From the NCBI RefSeq assembly GCF_006345805.1, contig NC_042998.1, positions 39,122,001 through 39,186,000 on the forward strand: DNA of 64,000 bases, written 5' to 3'. Position numbers and translations under genes: made by a program. This DNA comes from Octopus sinensis (lineage: Eukaryota). Numbering within the stretch: position 1 is the stretch's first letter; each line of letters opens with the position of its first letter. Positions 62,698 to 64,000 of this stretch are shown piece after piece. The notes under the pieces were generated by a model. That model did no database searches. It was given only the letters and a program-made list of their open reading frames with translations, and was not told the DNA's origin.

Positions 62698-63457
62698 GTA
62701 TGTATGTATCTATGCATGTATGTATATGCATGTATGTATATGTATGTATATATGCTGTGCAGTGCGATCAAATTGCAAAGAGAACTTCTCTCCTTAACCA
62801 ATCAATGCATGCATGTGCATACACTTAGGTGCATGTATGTGTATTTCTTTATTCTTTTCTTTCACTGGTTTTAGTCAATTAAAATTGGTTAATTACACTC
62901 CATTTCCTGATAAGGAACCAGTGGGAATTGGATTACGGCCATGTTAATGCCAAAACACCACCTCAGAAGTTTTAGTTGCTTAAATCAAATTGTATTTAGT
63001 CCGGATAGATTTTGTGAGGAAAAACGGCAAAACTAACTCAGATATAAAACAAAGTAACCAATTTGGAACTAAATAAGTCCCAGTGATTCAATGGTTTGTG
63101 GAAGTTAAATGCAGATTGCAGCTAGATATGAAAACGGATTTTCAATTTCAGCGCTACACAATACAATATAAATATTACACAACTAATGAACGAATATCAA
63201 CAAATAAAACTCGTTAAACAACATTTGATTCACTTTGTTTTTGTGACAATTTGTTCAAAACAAACCAATACAAATTATACTAAAATCAAATTTTCTATTG
63301 CAAAATGTACAAAATAAATGGCAACCGATATCTCTTATTATTTGAATTGATATACCTAATTTCAAATCTTCAAACAAGCCATCTTCTGTCAGAAGTTTCT
63401 TTAAGTAGTTTCTCCATACTGGTGGGTTGTTTGTGTTTTGGCCGAGGGACAAAGTGA
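849..63457 (-). CDS. Multi-exon non-classical cadherin, CDH23/Cad87A-like (partial: EC1-EC7 plus start of EC8; 20 exons in window)
   Basis: 20 exons with AG acceptors and GT (one GC) donors join in compatible phases into an 861-codon stop-free frame with repeated cadherin motifs (PE/xE, DxD, LDRE/LDYE, DxNDN-P-F). [24 protein letters not shown] and the N-terminal NNPPVW resemble CDH23/Cad87A-type cadherins as I recall them; exact orthology not verified. Confidence 0.93.
1295..1607 (+). mobile_element. tRNA-headed SINE (family D); inverted relatives at about 9400-9682 and 56570-56860
   Basis: GTGGCTTAGT A-box-like and GAGTTCG B-box-like head; shared core caagacactttatt..ttgctcca..cagctg. Confidence 0.6.
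1640..2075 (+). mobile_element. Degenerate R4/Dong-like (restriction-endonuclease-type) LINE C-terminal remnant
   Basis: Broken frames read [14 protein letters not shown] and [11 protein letters not shown], typical of the region around the CCHC knuckle and the RLE domain. Confidence 0.5.
2176..3470 (+). mobile_element. Near full-length mariner (DD34D-type) transposon, frameshifted
   Basis: TA flanks; imperfect TIRs cgagggtgggctgaaaagttca / tgaacttttcagcccagcctca; ORFs 2485-2715 and 2676-3038 with WVPR, VFWDAKG, DNAPTH and [10 protein letters not shown] motifs. Confidence 0.92.
3880..4250 (+). mobile_element. Probable R4/Dong-like LINE N-terminal (Myb-like) remnant
   Basis: Broken frames read [36 protein letters not shown]. 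Confidence 0.45.
4610..4900. mobile_element. Composite of two opposed fragments of SINE family C
   Basis: ttctgagttcaaattcc core on + followed by reverse-oriented tail cccacaaggggctaaacatagagggg. Confidence 0.6.
4983..5109 (-). CDS. Cadherin exon s (0/1): [42 protein letters not shown](K)
   Basis: atacttcag acceptor, GAGA|gtgagt donor, AxDxGxP motif. Confidence 0.95.
6545..6766. mobile_element. piggyBac-type MITE
   Basis: TTAA at both ends (6541-6544, 6767-6770); imperfect TIR (a)cctttcgttatc / ggtaacaaaaggg. Confidence 0.7.
7851..8232 (+). mobile_element. tRNA-headed SINE (family B) with internal (TA/TG)n
   Basis: GTGGCTGTGTGG and GGTTCAGTCCC boxes; tail actgaaacaagtaaaagaataaaag; near-identical to 8902-9310. 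Confidence 0.85.
8452..8630 (-). CDS. Cadherin exon r (1/0): [59 protein letters not shown]
   Basis: ttattccag acceptor, CAG|gtatga donor, AxDxDxGxN and LDFD motifs. Confidence 0.95.
8902..9310 (+). mobile_element. SINE family B copy flanked by 54-bp direct repeats
   Basis: Flanks 8848-8901 and 9311-9364 match at 52/54. Confidence 0.9.
10905..11195. mobile_element. Mariner remnants: a TIR of the same family as 2176-3470 plus a transposase C-terminal fragment
   Basis: ttggtcagcctatgaactttccagccgatcctcgta at about 10960-10996; [26 protein letters not shown]. Confidence 0.6.
12930..13790 (-). mobile_element. R4/Dong-like LINE 3' part (CCHC knuckle plus restriction-like endonuclease)
   Basis: [13 protein letters not shown]; [29 protein letters not shown] in ORFs 13516-13764 and 13132-13341. 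Confidence 0.85.
14695..15055 (+). mobile_element. RTE LINE 3' UTR copy
   Basis: ggcacgtaaaaagcacc repeats, ending cggacgttaaacaatgatgatgatg. Confidence 0.8.
15690..15868. repeat. Compound (GGAA)n / GGAAAGAA polypurine microsatellite
   Basis: Seen directly; explains spurious ORFs 15575-16006. Confidence 0.97.
16286..16518 (+). mobile_element. SINE family C (other copies about 12540-12730 -, 14040-14200 +, 18170-18392 -, 22415-22880 two +, 24130-24260 -, 38137-38500 two +, 44850-45062 -)
   Basis: ggcggc..gctggcagaaacgttagc head; gagttcaaattccgccgaggtcgactttgcc core. Confidence 0.85.
16913..17422. mobile_element. Inverted dimer of a tRNA-headed SINE carrying a hammerhead-like tail
   Basis: 16913-17141 is the reverse complement of about 17161-17397; head TGGCTTAGTGG..GTTCGATTCC at 17149-17195. 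Confidence 0.85.
16967..17012 (-). ncRNA. Minimal type I hammerhead ribozyme-like motif
   Basis: GACAC-CUGAUGA-A-GGCUG(gaggguagau)CAGCC-GAAA-UG-UU-GUGUU; stems I and II pair. Confidence 0.65.
17430..18960 (-). mobile_element. R4/Dong-like LINE reverse-transcriptase remnant, interrupted by a SINE C
   Basis: [13 protein letters not shown] near 18850; FFVDDLKLY in ORF 18396-18647; AFGILDW near 17970. Confidence 0.8.
19068..19140 (-). CDS. Cadherin exon q (0/1): [24 protein letters not shown](G)
   Basis: attctaag acceptor, GTTG|gtaagt donor, DxNNN-P-F linker. Confidence 0.9.
19514..19549 (-). ncRNA. Variant minimal hammerhead-like motif in a Penelope-type repeat (about 19430-19720)
   Basis: CUUU-CUGUUGA-A-GAGC(auag)GCUC-GAAA-CA-UU-AAAG; core has A6->U. 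Confidence 0.5.
19760..20364 (+). mobile_element. CR1/L2-like LINE remnant
   Basis: TQLLQHYDW; [29 protein letters not shown] in ORF 20150-20548. Confidence 0.8.
20365..21500. mobile_element. Penelope-like element with an inverted 5' segment and a hammerhead-bearing tail
   Basis: Minus 20365-20820 reads [44 protein letters not shown]; plus 20878-21125 continues [32 protein letters not shown]. Confidence 0.85.
21330..21411 (+). ncRNA. Type I hammerhead-like motif (core C-C-GAAGA variant) in the Penelope-like tail
   Basis: UCC-CCGAAGA-GAAGA..ACAUUG..CAAUGU..UCUUC-GAAA-CAUGUG-UC-GGA. Confidence 0.55.
21645..21723 (-). CDS. Cadherin exon p (2/0): [26 protein letters not shown]
   Basis: ttttgatag acceptor, ATA|gtaagt donor, LTVxAxDxG motif. 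Confidence 0.92.
21760..22380 (-). mobile_element. R4/Dong-like LINE RT remnant
   Basis: Minus frame [42 protein letters not shown]. Confidence 0.75.
24325..25146. repeat. 22-bp minisatellite (consensus gtgagtgagtgtggatgccatt), roughly 37 units with 18-bp variants
   Basis: Seen directly; source of the TMASTLTH / HSQWHP ORFs. Confidence 0.97.
25179..25327 (-). CDS. Cadherin exon o (0/2): [49 protein letters not shown](T)
   Basis: tattttcag acceptor, AC|gtaagt donor, ATDKD, YSI and FxIDxxTG motifs. Confidence 0.94.
25391..26520 (+). mobile_element. 5'-truncated RTE LINE (RT C-terminus, ORF end, long 3' UTR, (ATG)n tail)
   Basis: [43 protein letters not shown]. Confidence 0.92.
26940..27160 (-). 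mobile_element. R4/Dong-like LINE extreme 3' end
   Basis: [27 protein letters not shown]; (TGA)n near 26960. Confidence 0.55.
27355..27700 (-). mobile_element. RTE LINE 3' UTR copy
   Basis: (cat)n start followed by the family core. Confidence 0.8.
27781..28110 (+). mobile_element. 3' end of a probable HERO-clade LINE with a structured 3' UTR
   Basis: [27 protein letters not shown] resembles HERO-type C-termini as I recall them; A-rich end gtaataaaatagaa. Confidence 0.55.
28240..28803 (-). mobile_element. Internally deleted Tc1/mariner-superfamily element
   Basis: TA-caaggtgttccagaaataac terminus; [31 protein letters not shown] in ORF 28425-28694. Confidence 0.7.
29619..29859 (-). CDS. Cadherin exon n (2/0): [80 protein letters not shown]
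   Basis: gtttttag acceptor (phase 2 matches exon m), TCT|gtaagt donor, LDYE and DVNDN motifs. Confidence 0.95.
30082..33790 (+). mobile_element. Ty3/Gypsy LTR retrotransposon (degenerate, 3'-truncated): candidate 5' LTR about 30082-30330, gag, PR, RT, RNase H, integrase start
   Basis: Gag 30380-30997; two CCHC-like knuckles and LDTATG in 31031-31939; [16 protein letters not shown] and EALAIV in 32322-33122; integrase HHCC and RLHVDHA in 33495-33790; many stops and frameshifts. Confidence 0.95.
30340..30357 (+). promoter_or_regulatory. Primer-binding site, probably tRNA-Ser(GCT)
   Basis: TGGTGACGAGGATGAGAT, 9 nt after a ...TAACA LTR end; 16/18 match to the complement of the eukaryotic tRNA-Ser(GCT) 3' end (ATCCCATCCTCGTCGCCA) as I recall it. 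Confidence 0.7.
33800..34220 (-). mobile_element. RTE LINE internal fragment interrupting the Gypsy integrase
   Basis: ORF 33899-34144 [28 protein letters not shown] matches 46390-46560. Confidence 0.85.
34223..34705. mobile_element. Fold-back element / MITE with about 205-bp terminal inverted repeats and about 70-bp spacer
   Basis: 34223-34428 is the reverse complement of 34500-34705 with few mismatches. Confidence 0.9.
34925..35047 (+). ncRNA. Type I hammerhead-like motif with a long stem II loop, in a Penelope-type tail (about 34720-35330)
   Basis: CCU-CUGAUGA-A-GCCUAGAGGC..GCCUCUUGGC-A-GAAA-CGGCCG-UA-AGG. Confidence 0.55.
36405..36802 (-). mobile_element. SINE family B
   Basis: Reverse complement of 8902-9310. 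Confidence 0.85.
37078..37145 (-). CDS. Cadherin exon m (0/2, 68 nt): [22 protein letters not shown](F)
   Basis: tttattatag acceptor, TT|gtaagt donor, ATDxDSG motif; too short for ORF track. Confidence 0.93.
37934..38098 (-). CDS. Cadherin exon l (0/0): [55 protein letters not shown]
   Basis: tgtttcag acceptor, TCT|gtaagt donor, DENDNAP linker. Confidence 0.95.
39227..39391 (-). CDS. Cadherin exon k (0/0): [55 protein letters not shown]
   Basis: acttttcag acceptor, GAG|gtaagc donor, LDYD motif. Confidence 0.93.
40240..40470. repeat. Compound trinucleotide microsatellite (GTA/GTG/GAT/GAG) just inside the exon j donor; a similar GAT/ACA tract lies at 37760-37900
   Basis: Seen directly. Confidence 0.9.
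40488..40685 (-). CDS. Cadherin exon j (0/0): [66 protein letters not shown]
   Basis: tttccacag acceptor, TCA|gtcagt donor, DDNDFPP linker, PEN and DKD motifs. Confidence 0.95.
42526..42653 (-). CDS. Cadherin exon i (1/0): [42 protein letters not shown]
   Basis: tttccccag acceptor, AGT|gtaagt donor, IDRE motif. Confidence 0.92.
42960..43425 (+). mobile_element. CR1-like LINE 3' end
   Basis: ORF 42980-43273 [28 protein letters not shown], same family as 51718-52725. Confidence 0.9.
44205..44283 (-). CDS. Cadherin exon h (0/1): [26 protein letters not shown](G)
   Basis: aatgcag acceptor, GGTG|gtaagt donor, AxDxD motif. Confidence 0.92.
45257..45650 (-). mobile_element. RTE LINE 3' UTR copy
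   Basis: (cat)n start; close match to 367-763. Confidence 0.85.
46300..48790 (+). mobile_element. RTE LINE, about 2.5 kb, 5'-truncated and degenerate (RT, zinc-finger region, 3' UTR)
   Basis: [53 protein letters not shown]; ends aaacgatgatgatgat. Confidence 0.95.
49498..49623 (-). CDS. Cadherin exon g (0/0): [42 protein letters not shown]
   Basis: ttgtacag acceptor, CAA|gtaagt donor, DGGxP and DxQD motifs. Confidence 0.95.
49770..50295 (+). mobile_element. RTE LINE 3' UTR copy
   Basis: VNTR plus (GAT)n tail. Confidence 0.8.
51640..52725 (-). mobile_element. Young 5'-truncated CR1-like LINE; 335-codon open RT C-terminal frame and (TTA)n tail
   Basis: [51 protein letters not shown]; no stops. 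Confidence 0.95.
52899..53042 (-). CDS. Cadherin exon f (0/0): [48 protein letters not shown]
   Basis: tttttcag acceptor, ACA|gtaagt donor, LDYE motif. Confidence 0.95.
55856..55960 (-). CDS. Cadherin exon e (0/0, GC donor): [35 protein letters not shown]
   Basis: tttaacag acceptor, EDIDSG motif, donor CAG|gcaagt required by phase. Confidence 0.88.
56980..58770 (+). mobile_element. Tc1/mariner-superfamily remnant with nested insertions
   Basis: TA-cagggtgtcaaaaaatg terminus; [17 protein letters not shown]; C-terminal [24 protein letters not shown] in broken frames. Confidence 0.7.
57760..57993. mobile_element. 234-bp MITE with about 30-bp TIRs, an 8-bp TSD and internal telomere-like (CCCTAA) repeats
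   Basis: TIR ggcgatcttac(a/g)gtacaagtaccataa; TSD agaaaatc at 57752-57759 and 57994-58001. Confidence 0.9.
58826..58915 (-). CDS. Cadherin exon d (0/0): [30 protein letters not shown]
   Basis: tttgtag acceptor, GAA|gtaagt donor, DVNDNPP linker. Confidence 0.95.
59644..59736 (-). CDS. Cadherin exon c (0/0): [31 protein letters not shown]
   Basis: ttgacag acceptor, CAG|gttagt donor, 93 nt, supplies EC1 strand F. Confidence 0.8.
60408..61409. mobile_element. About 1-kb non-autonomous element with about 210-bp TIRs
   Basis: 60408-60618 is the reverse complement of about 61208-61409. Confidence 0.88.
61741..61868 (-). CDS. Cadherin exon b (1/0): [43 protein letters not shown]
   Basis: actatag acceptor, GAG|gttagt donor, LDRE motif; not in ORF track. 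Confidence 0.92.
62355..62662 (+). mobile_element. RTE LINE 3' UTR copy
   Basis: Family core plus gacgttaaatgatgatgat tail. Confidence 0.8.
63356..63457 (-). CDS. Cadherin exon a (phase 1/1): [33 protein letters not shown](G); probable signal-peptide end and EC1 start
   Basis: ctgtttcag acceptor, TTAG|gtatat donor, 102 nt, phase matches next exon. Confidence 0.8.
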
Positions 63458-64000
63458 CTGAAACAGAAAAACAAAAACAAACAAATTTGCAAATATATAT
63501 CAATGCAATAATATTTTTTTTTACAATGCTCAATACATACATACATACACACATTCATACATACATACATGCATACATACACACACATACACACACGCAT
63601 ACATACATACACACATACACACATAAATAGACAGACAGGCACTCAGGTGCAGAGAAATAAAACCAAATTTCATTAGATTCAATTAGATGAGGATGTGTAT
63701 TAGATTGCACCTTAACCCTCACCCTAACCATAAATCTAATCTTAACTTTAAGCATCTCTACACCTGCCTTCTCTTCTTTCTGTAGAAAAAAAATGCTTGG
63801 GAGGGTCGTGCTTTCTTTCTCATACATTTCAGATTTGCTGTCTTACATCATCTACCTGTCCCCTTTGCTTCTTCCAATATATCTACAATTCATAAATGCC
63901 AGTCAATGTTTTCTCTAAATGGCCCGTGTTGTAGGCCTTCTTGCATCTTGGGTCTGAATTACTTCATACTTGTCAAATTCAACCTGGCTGCTTTGGTTGC

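Noticed and set aside
849-63457. Member of the expanded octopus protocadherin clusters
   Set aside because: Those have 6-7 EC repeats mostly in one large exon; this gene has at least 8 EC repeats over many small exons.
63458-64000. First, ATG-containing exon of the cadherin
   Set aside because: No signal-peptide-like frame with a phase-1 donor found; it probably lies beyond the window.

Overview
AT-rich, repeat-dense animal genomic DNA. The SINE/LINE families and microsatellite load look like an Octopus (coleoid cephalopod) genome; this is inferred from repeat recognition, not a database hit. One host gene spans almost the whole window on the minus strand: a multi-exon non-classical cadherin resembling CDH23/Cad87A. 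I traced 20 coding exons by hand from 63457 down to 849 (2585 nt, about 861 codons). All intron phases are compatible and there is no in-frame stop. The exons encode the end of a probable signal peptide, EC1-EC7 and the start of EC8; the first exon and the 3' part of the gene lie outside the window. One intron must be GC-AG. The introns hold degenerate transposons: a near full-length mariner, a Ty3/Gypsy element with a tRNA-Ser PBS, RTE, CR1, R4/Dong-like, HERO-like and Penelope-like retroelements, several tRNA-derived SINE families, fold-back MITEs and a 22-bp minisatellite. The most unexpected signal is a set of hammerhead-ribozyme-like motifs in at least five different repeat families. These include a tRNA-headed SINE with a hammerhead tail arranged as an inverted dimer, and a motif in a HERO-like LINE 3' UTR whose three hammerhead strands occur in a non-standard, pseudoknot-requiring order. 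TE boundaries are approximate (tens of bp); exon boundaries were counted to the base.
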